64,000 bases of DNA from Lama guanicoe. Its lineage: Eukaryota. Position numbers and translations under genes: made by a program. Location of the stretch: assembly GCA_013239625.1 (NCBI GenBank), contig MU054212.1:2728001-2792000 (forward strand), written 5' to 3'. Below are positions 50,191-63,604 of the stretch, piece after piece. The notes under the pieces are model-generated. The model saw nothing but the letters and a program-made list of their open reading frames with translations. It was not told the DNA's origin and ran no database searches. The first letter of the stretch is position 1, and each line of letters begins with the position of its first letter.

Positions 50191-53100
50191 TCCTCCACCA
50201 GTCGGTGGGTGTGTGGTGTCCCGACCATGTCTCCCCTACAGGATTGGACATTGTCTCCCAAACTGGAAAACCGAGGAGAGGAGCCTGGTGTTTCCCCTCT
50301 CATCGCCCTGTTCTCCTGGAGCAAAGCCTCTGGCTCCACAATCAAGATGGTAGACCTGTCTTACTTCCAGACCCTTCTGTCCCTAACTGGAGCCCCTTGC
50401 CTTCCATTCGGGCACTAACTAAAGGCCTGTTAACCAACCACGGGCTCCCTGGTTATTTTGGGGGGTTGGAGGAGAGACCAGTTTATTGCTTAGAAGCCTA
50501 GTATATCCACTGTAGGAAGGGGTTTGAGAGAAGAAATCCCTTCCAAATACCATGGTAGGCTGGTGATTGGGCCCCAAGGGGTTTAGGTGGGGTCAGATGT
50601 GCATTTACAGGTACAAGAGAGATGGGCATCTGTCCTGAGACCAGTGCAGCCCCCCTGGTGTGGCCCTCACCTTCCACACTGGAAGAGAAGCCCTGAGTTA
50701 CAGCGGGGCCAAGGGATGTTACTGGGGGGGTGGGTGCTGGGTGGGGGCCTCACCTGGCTCACAGACCATGTGGCAGAGGCCACAGCTCAGAAACGTGGAG
50801 GTCAGGAACGCTCCTGACATTTGTTCTGCACCTCCGTGTGGGACAGGAGGCTGGCAATGTCCCCGGGAGGCACTCCTAGGAAGGTCTCCAAGTAGAACAT
50901 ACAGCCAAAGGGCAGAGGGAGGGACACTGTGGCTTGACAGTCAGTGCTGTCTCTCTCCACTCAAAATCTGGATCGGTGGTTTGACATTGAGGACCCGCAG
51001 CTGCTGCTTCTGTAGTTTAAGAGCCTGAGCGTCCCTACGGGTCTGCCCCCAGGTCGGGTTCGTGCTGCGTTTCCTTCGTGCGCATGTTTCTCACGACTTG
51101 CCCACCTGGATGGCGGAGGGGCTCAAGGGAGGAGAGCCGAAAGGGTTGTGGTGGGAAAGAATGAGGATGGGGCAGCAGGCAGCTCTGCCTCCCAAGCCCT
51201 CAGTGGCTGAGCAGCCTGTGCTCCCGGGCGCCTTACTCTCCTCTCGGGTCCGCAGGTCCTCCTGTGCCGGGGGAGATGCCTACCTTGCAGGGTCACTGAA
51301 TGTCTAGTAAGCGAGTGCCCAGGGACGAGTCTGGGACGTGTGAGATGCTTCGTAAACTAAAAGGTAAGCGAACAGACAGACTTCCTGCTAAATCTGACAC
51401 CCCGTAGATATTTCCTTCTGACCCAGGACAAGCTCAGCTTCAAGAATTGCAGCTGTAGGGAAGTTTGGTGGAAAAGAACTTGTGAAATCTGCCCTGGCAG
51501 GAAGCACGGAGCTTGGAGACCTGTCTTTGTGCCGCGATCAGGAAGTGTGTGCAGGAAAGAACGTGTAGGGGCTGTTTTCTCTGCACTGACGCCCTGCGAG
51601 CTCCCCGTGTCCACTGCCAAACCTCTTCAGGGTCTAAACAAACAAGGTCGAGTGCAGTATATGAAACAGCCATGGGAGGGTCTTTTCATCCTGGATTGAA
51701 CAATTTCAAACTTTCATCTGATGTTTTTTCAGGGGAAGGGAGGGGGAGGGTCTTAACTCTTAATGAAAAATCAGACCTCAACATCTCCTGTAGAGCCGAG
51801 GCCTCTGGTACTGGACCTGGAGCCTTTGAGCTCTGAGAGTTTATTGTAAACATCAGTGTGGCCAAAACCCACAACCGAGTGCTGTTCCTGGGAAGTGAGT
51901 GGATGAGTGTGTTTTTTTTTTTAATTCAGCAAATAACATGGCTTCTCTCTGTATCTTTATTTCTCATGGGCTCTGGCTTTGCCAAGACGGTCAGTCTCTT
52001 TTATAGATAAATATATGCTTATTTTATTAAAAACAAAAGCCACTTAAATGCAGATGGTACGCTTCCTGCTTGCTAGTCCTCACAGATTCCTTGTTGCAAC
52101 TGAAGCGGGCGTGTTACTTTGATAGCCGTATGAAATAACCTTAACTCTGCCTGGGGATATTTATAACAAAACATGCAGAATTATTGCACCATAAAGCCTG
52201 CTTCACTGATTCTTGCTGATTAAAAACTTTTTTTTTAAGACTAATGTAATAAAAACCAAAGACCCAACAGCTGGAGCTCTGAAGACAGCCCAATTGCAGC
52301 CACGGCAACTCCCCCTCTGCCCTTTGATTCAAACCCTGCGCCCAGAGCAGCCAGGCCTGCTCCGTGGCCCCTTCCCAGAGGCGCTTCATGCATCACCGAC
52401 CTTCCCGCCCCAAGCCCAGGCAAGGGATGAATGGCCTTGGGAGGGACAGGCTTGTCTTTCTGCCACGCTGCAGGCCAGAGCCAAGTTTGGCTTCAGGAAA
52501 AACTAAAGCAGAGTAATCTCTGGTATTAAGCAAGGCCAACCCTGTCCCCTGGCAGACAAGCCAAACAGGACAGAGGCATTTCTAATTGATGCTAGAACCT
52601 TGCAGGGATAAGAAGTTGGCAGGAACTGACATAACCCTTTATTCCTCCTTCCAAGGTGCCCATTTACCGGGCATATCCTCTAGGGCACTGTGAAATCAGA
52701 TCCATGAGTGGGGTTTTTTCCCTTGGCTGTTGGCCAGAATCAGACTGGTTTCGTCAGTCTCTGCGTGCGGACGTGGTGTGTGTTAATTGGTGCATTCAGT
52801 GTTAATCCGCATTTTCTTTAGGTGCTACCAGGAGCTTTCCCATAACCTCTACCACCACCACCCTCTTCTCTTTTCTCACATCCCCTCTTCCTTCTTCAAC
52901 CCCTCCCCTGGCCACACACGTGCTCACACAGACTTAACACTTCATCCGTCAGAGTCAGAGGTTTCCCTAAATCTAGCGCGGGTGGAAAATCTGTTAACAG
53001 AAAAAAGCATTTTCATATTCCTAACAGGTGACCAAAGAGAATTACAGCACATTCCTCCTAAGCCCCGCTGTCTGGGAGCTCGGGCTGAGAAGGAACTGCT

Positions 53101-53199
53101 GCTCTGTTAGAGGCGCCTCTGACCGCCGATCGCCGATCCTGGGTGACCCTCACCGCTTTTAATGAGACTGAATGGAATGAAAAGACTCATGAGCCAGGG

Positions 53200-56100
53200 A
53201 ACACCCATGCGCCCCACACTCACTTAGAATACAAGCCTGTTGCTCTTACCTCTAGGTCTCCTGTGCACCCTCCTGATCCATCTCCTTCTCCCTCCCCTTG
53301 GAAGTGGTTCATCACCCTAAGTTGTGCGTTCATCAGTCCCTCTGATGTTGTTGTTGTTTTTTTTTAACATTTTCATGTATATTGAGTATCTCTCCCTAGA
53401 ATATTCAGTTTGTAAGTCTCTGGACTTCATACGATGGAATGATATTCTGCACCTTGCTTCTGTCTGGTAACATCAGGCTCCTTGTGCAGTGTCGCTGCCA
53501 CGCTGAGTACCATTACGTGGCGATACTGATTCTGATGGACATTTAGACTGTTTTCAGGATTTTACTATTTCAAACTTCCCTGCTGTGCTATGTACATTCT
53601 AGGTATGTCTCCTTATTCAAGACTTGCTCTAGAAGCAAAATGACTGGTTCTAGAATGTGTTCATCTTCAATTCTCCAACGTGGCCGGGTCAGTTTCCACT
53701 CTGCTCCAGGGTAGTGAGTGTACCGTTTGTTTCCTTACCAACACTTGACATTGTCTTTTACCTGTGCCAATCCAGTGAGCAGAAAGTGGTAGCTCACTGT
53801 GGTTGCGATTTGAATTCCCTTCTTGGTTAATGAGGATGGGTATCTTTTAATATGCACATTTGCCATTGTGACGCTCCTATTCAAATATTTTGCCAATTTT
53901 TCTTAATGAATTTATAGAGATTCTTCATGTATTTTGGATTTGACCAGTCCTTAGTCAGTTATGTGTATTGCAGATACATACCCCCAATTTTGGCTTATTA
54001 TTTCACTCTCTTTGTGGTGCCTTTTGATGAATAGAAGTTATTAATTTTAACATAGTTAAGTTCTCTCATCTTTCCCTTTAGAATTTGTATAATTGTGTCT
54101 AGTTTCAGGAATCCTTTCCTACCACATACAAGTTGATAAACATAGTCCTCTAAGTTGTTTTTTCAAAGTGTTGTAGTTTTATCTTTTGCACTTAGCTCTT
54201 TCTTTAGCCGAGCTTAAATTGATTTATTTTTTAATTATGTGAGTTCAGGGTCCAATTAAAACTTTCCCTCCATATGGGTAAGCCATATTCCACCAGTTTA
54301 CTGATTAGTCCGTTCTTTCCATTGATCTGTAATGCAGCCAATTTCGTATCAGTATTGGTCTCTTTGAGGCTCTCAGTTCTGTTGGTCAGTTTGTCTATCT
54401 CTAACACCATACTGTTTTATTTACTATGGCTTAAAATAAATGCTGATACCTTATGATGCCAGTTCCACACTCCTCCTCCCCCGTTCTTCTTCAAGACTGT
54501 CTTGGCTGCTACGCTGTTCTTGTCCCTTCACACTTCCATATAAATTTTAGAATCAGCTCATCAAGTTCTACAAAAACTCCATTGGTATTCGAGTAGAACT
54601 GAACTCAGTCTGTAGATGGATTTGGGGGAAATTGGTGTCTTTATCGATTAAAAAAATGTTATACTACTGTAAATTGTACTTTTTAAACAGTTTCTAGCAT
54701 TATTTGTTGATAGATGAAAATGAAATTGATCTTTGTATATTGATTTTATATCCATCCAACCTCTTTACTAAAATTCCATCAATACTAATAATCTTTCTGG
54801 TAGATTTTTTAGGGTTGTTTTTGAAGACAGCGCGTCATATGCAAATAACAACAGATTTGTTTTTTCCTTTGTGATCTTTACACTTCTTATTTCTTTTTCT
54901 TGCCTCCTGTTGGCTTGAATCTCTAGTACAAAGTGAATTAGAAGTAGTAAAGTGTGGACACGTTTATTTGTCTCGTACCTGATATTAAAAGACACACATG
55001 TGGTGTTTCACCACATGATGATGTCTGTAGAGTGGTATCTAGGCTGAAGAAGTTCCTTTACGCACTTTGGTTGTTAAGAGTTTTTTGTTTTTTTAAATCA
55101 TGAGTAGTACTTCAACAGATACTTTTTTTGCTTTAATTGAGAAGATAAGATGACTTTACTCCTTTAATCTGTTGATGGAGTAAATTATATTAATTGATTT
55201 TCTTTTTTTTAATTGATTTTCTAACGTTTATGACCAATTAGGTCATAAGTGATTTTATGCAGTGCTGGAGTTTGTTAGTGTTTCTGGTTATTTCTTGTTG
55301 CAGAACAGACTACCTCAAAACTCAGTTGATTAAAACAATATCCATTTTATTTTATCTATAATTTTGCTGGTCAAGAATTTAGGCAAGACTCAGCTCAGGG
55401 ATTTTCCTGTTTCTGTATGGACTCCTTGAGGTCACCTGGTGGAATTAACCTGGCAGATGGGCTGGTCAGGCGGGTCTAAGGCAGCCTCATTCATACGTCT
55501 GGTGCCTTGACAGAGATGGCTGAAAAATTACTCATCTGGGATTGTCAGTCACAGCGCCTTCATGTTGCCTCGGTAGCTGGCACTCGCAGGCTAGTCTTAC
55601 TCCTTACGTGGCTGCTCAAGGCTCCTAGAGGACATTTCTAAGAGACTAAGGCAGAAGCTACGAGCTTCTTCTCACCAGCCTAGGAGGTCATGCCGTAGCA
55701 CATTCTATTGATGAAGCACTTTTCTAGAGCCAACCTAGATTCAAGGGGGAAAGAGTTAGACTCTACCTCTTAGTGGGAGAAGTAGCAAAAAAAAAAAAGG
55801 TGCAGTCATCTTTAATCTGCCATTGTTAACTAGCAGTTTATTATTTTTACATCTATATTTCATAAATGAGATTGCAGTTTTCCTGTTAACTATGCTTACC
55901 TGTTTTTGATGCCAAAGTTATGCCAGCCTCATTAAAATGAGATGGTGAGCCTTACCTATTTTTCTCTATGATAAAATAATCTAAAACTAGTTTCATTTCT
56001 TGAATGTTGGTAGAATTAGCTGGTAAAATCATTTGAGCCTTTCTTTTTGGAAAAATTTTCAAATATTGTTTTGATTTATTTAATGGTTACAAGACTATTT

Positions 56101-58300
56101 GAGTTTGCTATTTTTTTCCTTGAGTTAGTTATATTTATCTAGTAGTTTTTCATTTCATGTATGTTTTCAAACTTTTTGGCATGAATTTGTTTATGATAAT
56201 CTCTTAAATCTTTGCGGTATCTGCGACATCAATAATTATGCCTCATTTTTCATTTCTGATATTGTTATCTGTGCTGCTCTTTTTGTCTTGATTGATCTTG
56301 CCAGAAATGTATAAATTTTATCAGTTTTGCCCCAAAACCAGCTTTTGTCTCTTTTGATTCTCTCTATACTTTTGTCCTCTATTTCATTAATTTCTTATCT
56401 CTTTTATCTTTCTTTGGGTTCATTCTATTCTTTTTCTATCTTCTTAGGTTGTATGCTTAGCTCATTACCTCTATTATAAATTATGTATTTTAGTGCCTTT
56501 GAGTTATAAGCATAGTTTAAAATTTCTAACCATTAGGAAGTTATCTTTTTGTTATTGATTATCATTTAACTACATTGTAGTCAGACAGTGTGGTCTGTGT
56601 GATACTAACACTTTAAAATCTATAGTGTGTTATCACTGAAAATAATTTATGTTTTGTAGTTGGTATAGTTTTCTACAAATATATATTGGATCAATCTTAT
56701 GGTGCTGTTCCAATCTTCTGTATTTGTACAGGGTTCTTTGCTGTTTTGTTTTATTTTTTGTTGTTGTTTTGTTTTGCTTTGTATTCTTGGTGTCTCAATT
56801 GCTGGGACAGGTGTAATAAATGTTCCGACCCTAAGAGTGGATTTATTTATCTCCCCTGTAAGTATCAACATTTTTTCTTTTATATATTTAGAAGCTATAT
56901 TTTTAAGTGTTATACATGTCAAAAGTTGCTCCATTTTCCCAGTAAACTTAAACTTTAATCACAATATAGTGATTCTGTTTATTTCTAGTAGTGCTTCTTG
57001 TCTCGGTGTCTATTTTGTGTGCTATTAATTTAGGCACCTCAACTTTTTTGATTAGCATTTTCCTGGACTATCATTCTCAGTCCTTTTTACTTTCACCTTT
57101 TATGTTCCTGTGTTTTAAATGCGTTACCTATAAACAGCATATAGACAGATTTTTTTAAACTGAGATTTTACCAGTTTTTTTATTGATTGTGATTACTGAT
57201 TATATTTGCCATTTTATTAAAAACTTTCTATTTGTCTTAACTTCATTTCTTTTTCTCTCCTTACCTGGCTTCTTTTATCTTTTTAATATTTATTCCTTAT
57301 TTTAACTTTTTTATTACAAAAAAATTTTAAACACATACAGAACTGGAGAAACCACTTCTCAGCTTTACTGAAGATCAATAAACTTCTTCTGTCCTCTATA
57401 TTTTCCACAACCCAACATTAAATTGTTTTTAAGCAAAACAAAGCCATCATATGACTTCATTCATACATTCCTCAGTGTGTACCTATAATATTTAAGAGGT
57501 CTTTTATAAAACAAAACCACATTATCATTTCACATAATAAAAAAAGTAATTCTTTAATATCATTAAATATCCAGTTAGTGTTCAAATTTTCCTAATTGTC
57601 TCACATACACAATTTTTTTTAACTGTTGGTATCTTTGAATTGGATCCAATAAGGCCCACCTGCTTCTTTCTTCTTTTAGAGTAAAAATTATTTCTACCTC
57701 ATTTTCCCCTTTCTATTCCCCTTACCTGAAAATGATACACTTTTTTTTTTCATTTTTTCTTATTCTATCACCAGAGTCTAAGGCTCATCAGTATTTTTTC
57801 TCTCTTTCTGAACAGTATATGATTTGGGGGGCACTTTAACTCCTATCAACAAACCCTTCCTCTAATTTCAGATTATATGCTATAATGTTTTATATTTTGA
57901 TTCGCTAATTCTCTGCTCAGTTATATCCAATCTGCTGTTAAACTCAACTACTGAGTTTCACATCATAAACATTTTAATTTCTTGAAGATTTTAAAAATTC
58001 TTTTTCAAATATGGCTGCATGTAGTCTCTTGTCTTTACTCGTGTTTTAAATTCCTTATTTTGTCTTTTAAGATGTATATTCTGTGTCTCATAATTCCACG
58101 GGTCTGATTCTCCTGTGTGCGTGTTTTTCTCCAGCTTGCACTCACTCGTGTTTTGTTTCCTTACGTATTTTGTGACTCTTGACTGTGAGCTGACTTCTGT
58201 GGGAATTCTTTGCAACTTGATTGAAGAGTTTCTCTTGGGAAGATTAGTATCTGGGGCACCTCCTGTCATAGACACCTGTAAACTAAATATTCAACTTAAA
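53200..58300 (-). mobile_element. Long decayed old L1 (ME-like), interrupted by an LTR and other fragments
   Basis: ORF 54768-54995 RQEKEIRSVKITKEKTNLLLFAYD resembles RT RQEKEIKGIQIGKEEVKLSLFADD. ORF 56647-56934 ASKYIKEK...GTFITPV resembles EN GDFNTPL. Confidence 0.8.
55279..55823. mobile_element. MaLR solo LTR (old MLT1-type)
   Basis: ttgcagaacagactacctcaaaactcagttgattaaaacaata...gggctggtcaggcgggtctaaggcagcctcattcatacgtctgg...cagtcatctttaatctgcca. Confidence 0.75.
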
Positions 58301-60289
58301 GTTTTTCCTTCCTCCTCAGTTCAAGGTTCACAGAGTTCCTTGCACCTCCTCGGAGGAGGAAATAGATGAGCCTATTTCTCACTCACTCGTACAAGGAAGA
58401 TAAAACCCATTGGGGTTCTAACTTTATGTAGGGGGTGTTCTACTAGACTCCGCGCCTTGATTGGACCTGTTTCCTTCCCCCAACAAGGCTGTGAAAAACA
58501 AAATTTTAGTTCACTGTCACCACAAATGTCATCAAGGAGAAAGCTGGCTTCGGAATTCTGCTTGTCTCTCTGGTTTTTCACTTGTTTTCAGTCTCCTGCC
58601 ATTTTTCTGGCCAGACTCAACAACGCTTGTCATAGACCAGCATTGTTCATTGTTTTTCATGGGAGGATGGGTCAGCACATCTTCTCCATCACGCCCTAGA
58701 AGCAGAAGTCCTTCCAATGGTTCCTACTCCAGTTCCTACTCCCAGAGCGCTGGTTCTTGTTAGACAAATTTTGGGGAGTTTCCAACTTGAATCAAGCAAG
58801 TCCCCCTGGCGGCTTTGCAGTCCGTGTCTCCATCTCTTTCAGATGCACCTTCTCCTCTGCACCTAGACACCAGACCCTCAGAGGCACCTCTGCTTACTTA
58901 CACTACAAAGTACAGGGAGACCATCAGGTATGAGTTCTCTCATACTCTGTCCTCGCCGCTTTTCCTCTTTATCCTGTTAATCCTCCCTACTTATTCTTCT
59001 TTTAAGTCCCATTTGGAAAAGTCCCTATTTCCAAGGCCAGCTCCTCTCTTCTTGCCATGAATACCATCTTTGCAGTTGGTACTTCTCCCTCCTCACACGC
59101 TTCTGTTGCATCTTTGCCCGTCATCCTGGTGCTAATTTTACAAGGCTGAATATGGTACTTTCTCTTCTGTGATGCCTTTTGAAGTGTCCTTTCCTTTTCA
59201 TCCCACACTTCCTCTCTGCACTCCAGTAGCAGTTTATTGCCAACATGAACAAAGGACTGAACTCTGTCCTGCAGTATTACTGTGTGTGTAACAGTCATCT
59301 CTCCTGCTAAATTGTGGGCTCCTTAGAGAAAGCACTGTTTTTCATTTTATTATGATTTCTTACTGTGCTTTGCACATGGTGGCTCATTGTCAGTTAACAC
59401 ATGAATTCCTCCTTGTCTTTTCTAGAAATCAGCCTTTCCAATTAGCTCTTTTCCTTACTCATTCTCCATCTTCACTAGACCCCTCCCTTCTCTAGTCAGA
59501 CACATGCAAGTATTTGACTTTGAAGGGAAAGAAAATTATCTTCACTTGGTCCTGCTGTTCCCTTTTTTTAATCTTTTTTCCTTCTAAATATCTCAAACAT
59601 ATGGTCTATGACTTCTATCTTCTTCCTTTGCCCTGAGTCTTTCTCAACCATCTGTAATCTAACCTCCACCCTCAGCGCTTGATTGCGATTACACTCTTAA
59701 AAATGAAATTGTTCCTTCTATTACCAGCACCTCCTCTTGTCCGCGACTCTGAGCACTCCTGCTGGGAAAGCATCCTCTGCCCGGGTGACCCTGCAGGGCC
59801 TGGTGCCCCTCCTGCCCCGTGACGGCTCCACCCAAGCCTCTTCTCAGTCCACAGCATACCCGTCTGGACTGAGGGCTCCCCTGCCTTCATGACTGTAGCC
59901 TTGATTAATGGGGCTTCTTTTCGCACCCTCCATCTAATCTCTTCTAAATCTAAAATCTTACATCCCTAAATTCTCTGAAGCATTTTCATTTAGTGTCCCA
60001 ATGCTCAAGATGGCTGACTGTCTTTCCTAAATTTTTAACATTCATCTCTTCCATCACCTCCTGGGTCATTTAGATTAAAAAATCTCCATGTAGTTTGGTT
60101 CCTCCCACTTTCTCACGCCTCTCTCCCTTGCCTCCTGTTAGGCTGGCTCAGCCTTCACAGCATCCCTGTCCCTTCCGGCTGCCGTTACTCTGGTTTAGGG
60201 TCTCACCCCCGGATCAGTGTGCCACGTTCTGTTATCGGCCTCTTTCCTTTCTCAGCCAACTTGCCTCGTGTCCCAGGAATTTCCCTTGG

Positions 60290-60520
60290 GATATGGTGAA
60301 AGGCTCTGGAAACAGAGTGTGGATTTTAGAATCAGATGAGCCAGGATCTGAACCCCAGCTCCACTGCTTACTGGGTGGGGAGTGTCAGTTTCCTCAACTG
60401 CTACGAGAGTTGGATTTTAGGGAGTTTTAAGTGAGATGATATAAAAAGGTAACTTCCATATTCAACGAATCAGTCTGAGCAGTTAAGTAACCTTCCCAAG
60501 GTCACAGTCTATAAAGCAGA
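60290..60520. mobile_element. MIR fragments
   Basis: gagtgtggattttagaatcagatgagccaggatctgaaccccagctccactgcttact and agttaagtaaccttcccaaggtcacag. Confidence 0.65.
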
Positions 60521-62289
60521 GCACATCTGTGAAAAGATTTTTCACACATCTCACAGGTCAAGGTGAATTAAGCCTCTAATTGGCTTGTATTAATGAGCTC
60601 ATATTCCTAATGTCTAGAAACAAATTCTAGATTCATCTGGTTCTTCAGGCTCCAAGAGAAGCACTGACTGTGACGGGACTGGAGCAGGTCCAAACTGATG
60701 TCAGGGGCCGGGACCTTACAGACAGGGCCGTGCGGGGTTGGCGTGGAGGCCAGCACGTGCAGACGCGGGGAGGAGGGCACGGCGAGGAGAGGGAAGATCG
60801 TGTCCAAAGGACCCCTGCCCAGCACGACTGTCCCTGGAAAATGAGAAAGGATGTGGAGCTCATTGTGTGTTTTTACGATGTTCAGCGAATTTAATCCTTT
60901 TCTGCCTACGGCGGTTCACTCTTCACAGGGGTCTTGGGGATTTGGCCAATTGTGAGAATGTCTGTGGTGATATTAAAGCTCACTGTATGAGGTTGGCAGC
61001 CATTACTTTCAAACCATAAATTTCATCCTTTAAAACAATGAGAATGACCGCTTTGAAAAAGTCCATTTGATGATGGAAAGTACAGTCATAGGAAACACAA
61101 AAACAAAACTCAGGGTCCCCACTTCTGTCTCAGTCCTGGCTCTGACTGGGGTCAGGCGTCCACGCCATGTGAGGGGCTGGAGTCTCCCCGCCAGGAGCCT
61201 CTGTGATGGACACTGTGGTGGAGCCACGAAAACACCCAGGAACATAATCTTAGAAAGAATGGAGGGAGGAAGGAAGAGGAAAGCACCTCGGTCCATGACA
61301 ACCCCCTCTTCTTGTCTACTTGGGGTCATACGTCTGGTCTTCAACACGGAGGCAGCGTGGCCTCGACTTACTCTCCCTCCCCTGTGTCGGGGAGCTGTGT
61401 CTTCTCCCTTCTGCTTCACACTCTTAGACCAGTGGCTCCAGGGAGCCGTTCACTCAGAACTCCTCAAATATAAGCGTTTTGTGCTAAATGCTGCATGTTA
61501 TTCTCTCCTGGAGATTCAGTGACTTAATTCCACTGAATTAAGACCCTTCTGTCGCAAATAGTCTTTGGGGCCAGGGCGATAGTCCTTGGGTTGTTCCCAG
61601 GGCCCACGGCAGGCCCTGGAGGAGGGCAGCTTGAGGAGTTACAGAAACTCTCACCTCTCCGGGGATGGCTGTGTGTCCGTGGGTTTTTGGTGGGAGCTCA
61701 CTAGTGAGCTGGGGAGGACACACTGGAGGAGGGAGCAGAGTCTCTTTCCAGCCTGCTCACAACCATAAGCTCTTGGTTGCTCCTCTCTAAGACCCCTTTA
61801 AATAATTTGCTTCCCTGTGTTTTCCTCTCTCTGATAGAAGGAGGAAATCCACTTTCCTGTGCTGATGGATACTCTACTGCTAGTTTAAACACGTAAAGTA
61901 TGGTATAGGGACGGAAAAACTTGAAACAGTGTTTTGGGAAACAGCTTGCTTTATTATGGCAACTGAAGCCACTGGCTGGTGTGCGGTGGGCATGGGGCAG
62001 CAGGGATGGGGAGTATGCTCAGGAGAAGCACTGGGAGTACCCCCGCCCCCGCACCATGGACATTGTCAGAGGCCAGAGGTCACAGATAAAATCCAGGGCA
62101 GAGGGTTCACAGGGGAAACTGGTGCCTCTGGATGGGCATCCCACAGTGGTTATTACAGGGCAGTGAGGACAGTAATTTTGTGAAAACTCAGCCTTCCATC
62201 CAGACTGGTTCTAACTGCTCGAATTCTCTGAACCCTCTGGATTGAAGATATTTACTTTGGGGAGCTGAGCAGAAGTCCCAACAGTCAGT

Positions 62290-62420
62290 CAACATTTATT
62301 AGACTCTCACCGTCTGCAAGCGTGTCCACCTTCCCACTTCACACTCGCAGCACCGCTGGGACTTGTGGCAGCAGAGTATTTTATACCCATTTTACAGATG
62401 AGGAAATTGAGGCTTAGCAG
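62290..62420 (-). mobile_element. MIR SINE fragment
   Basis: cccattttacagatgaggaaattgaggcttag core. Confidence 0.75.
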
Positions 62421-63241
62421 GGCCGCATCACACCCTCCATGAAGCTGGGTAAGAAGCCTGGGCTCCCACTCTGCACGTTCCACTTCAGGGGACAGGTTGG
62501 AGTCTTGTGTGGAAAACTCACATTCCAGGCAGAACTTCAAGCACTAGAGAAATAAGAACCTAAGAAATCACATCCACGTTGGAAAGCTTGCTGCCTTTCA
62601 CGCCATCCGTCCCCTCAGAGAGGGTCTGGCTGGGTCTCTTCTCAGCGGGTGAGAACAGGCAGAGCCTTCTGTCCACAGGGCTTCCTTCTGTGGGACACGG
62701 AGTCTGACCCTGAGCCCAAATGGGATTCTGAGATCACCCGGGGCCTGTCCTTGCTGGATGAACCCAGGGCTCGAGGGCAAACGGGAAGTAGGAGGGTCCT
62801 CCCCAACCCTGTGACAATGCAATTTCTTTTTTTCTCTCCAACACTACCTTCTCCTAGGGATGCAGTGGGAGAAATTCTCAGGGAGTTCCAGAGGAGTTTG
62901 GCTAACTGCTGTAACATATGGAGAAGGGGACTGCGGCTGCCAGCACTTAAACCTTCGATGTGGCAGTGCTGTTTTCAAGGCAGCACTGGCTTCTGACTCC
63001 AGCAGCGAGCTGCAGGCCGGCCGCGGGGAAGCCCGAATGATTTACTCCAGCTGCAGCGCAGGCCCGACCGGCTGGAGAAGAGAGAGTCTGGAAAAGTTGT
63101 CTCTGAAGTAAGTTGCTTATATGCCATTAAAGACACAAGTTGAATAACTTGTCTTTAGTGGCATATAACATTAAAAAATTTGTCAATATCCCATAAAAGA
63201 TTTAAAAAATATTTTAAAATCTTGTGTTTGAAGAAAAACCT

Positions 63242-63546
63242 CAAGTAGACCTTGGAGATATGCAGGTTTGGTTCCCAACCACTGCAATAAAGAGAATATT
63301 GCAATAAAGTGAGTCACACAATTTTTTTTGGTTTCCCAGTGCATAAAAAGTTACGATGACACGATAGTCTATTAAGTGTGCAATAGCATTAAGTCTGAAA
63401 AACAAAGTACATGCCTTAATTAAAAATACTTTATGGTTAAGAAATTCTGACCAGCATCTGACAACACAGGGTTGTCACAAACCTTTAATTTGAAAAAAAC
63501 AAAAAGCCTGACATCTGTGAAGCGTAATAAAATGGAGGTGTGCCTG
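63242..63546 (-). mobile_element. Short Tigger1 derivative
   Basis: Reverse complement of the Tigger1 ends seen at 49103-50163 (ggtttcccagtgcat, taagtgtgcaatagcatt). Ends aggtgtgcctg|TA. Confidence 0.85.
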
Positions 63547-63604
63547 TAAAATAGCAGTAACGCGACGATACAAGCACAGGGCCTTTCCAGGCCGAGACTG
63601 GAAA

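Noticed and set aside
60496..60504. CCAAGGTCA NR5A1/SF-1 site
   Set aside because: It is part of the standard MIR core sequence, so not informative alone.
63000..63075. CpG island or promoter
   Set aside because: The CpG-rich patch is under 100 bp, too short for an island, with no linked gene structure.
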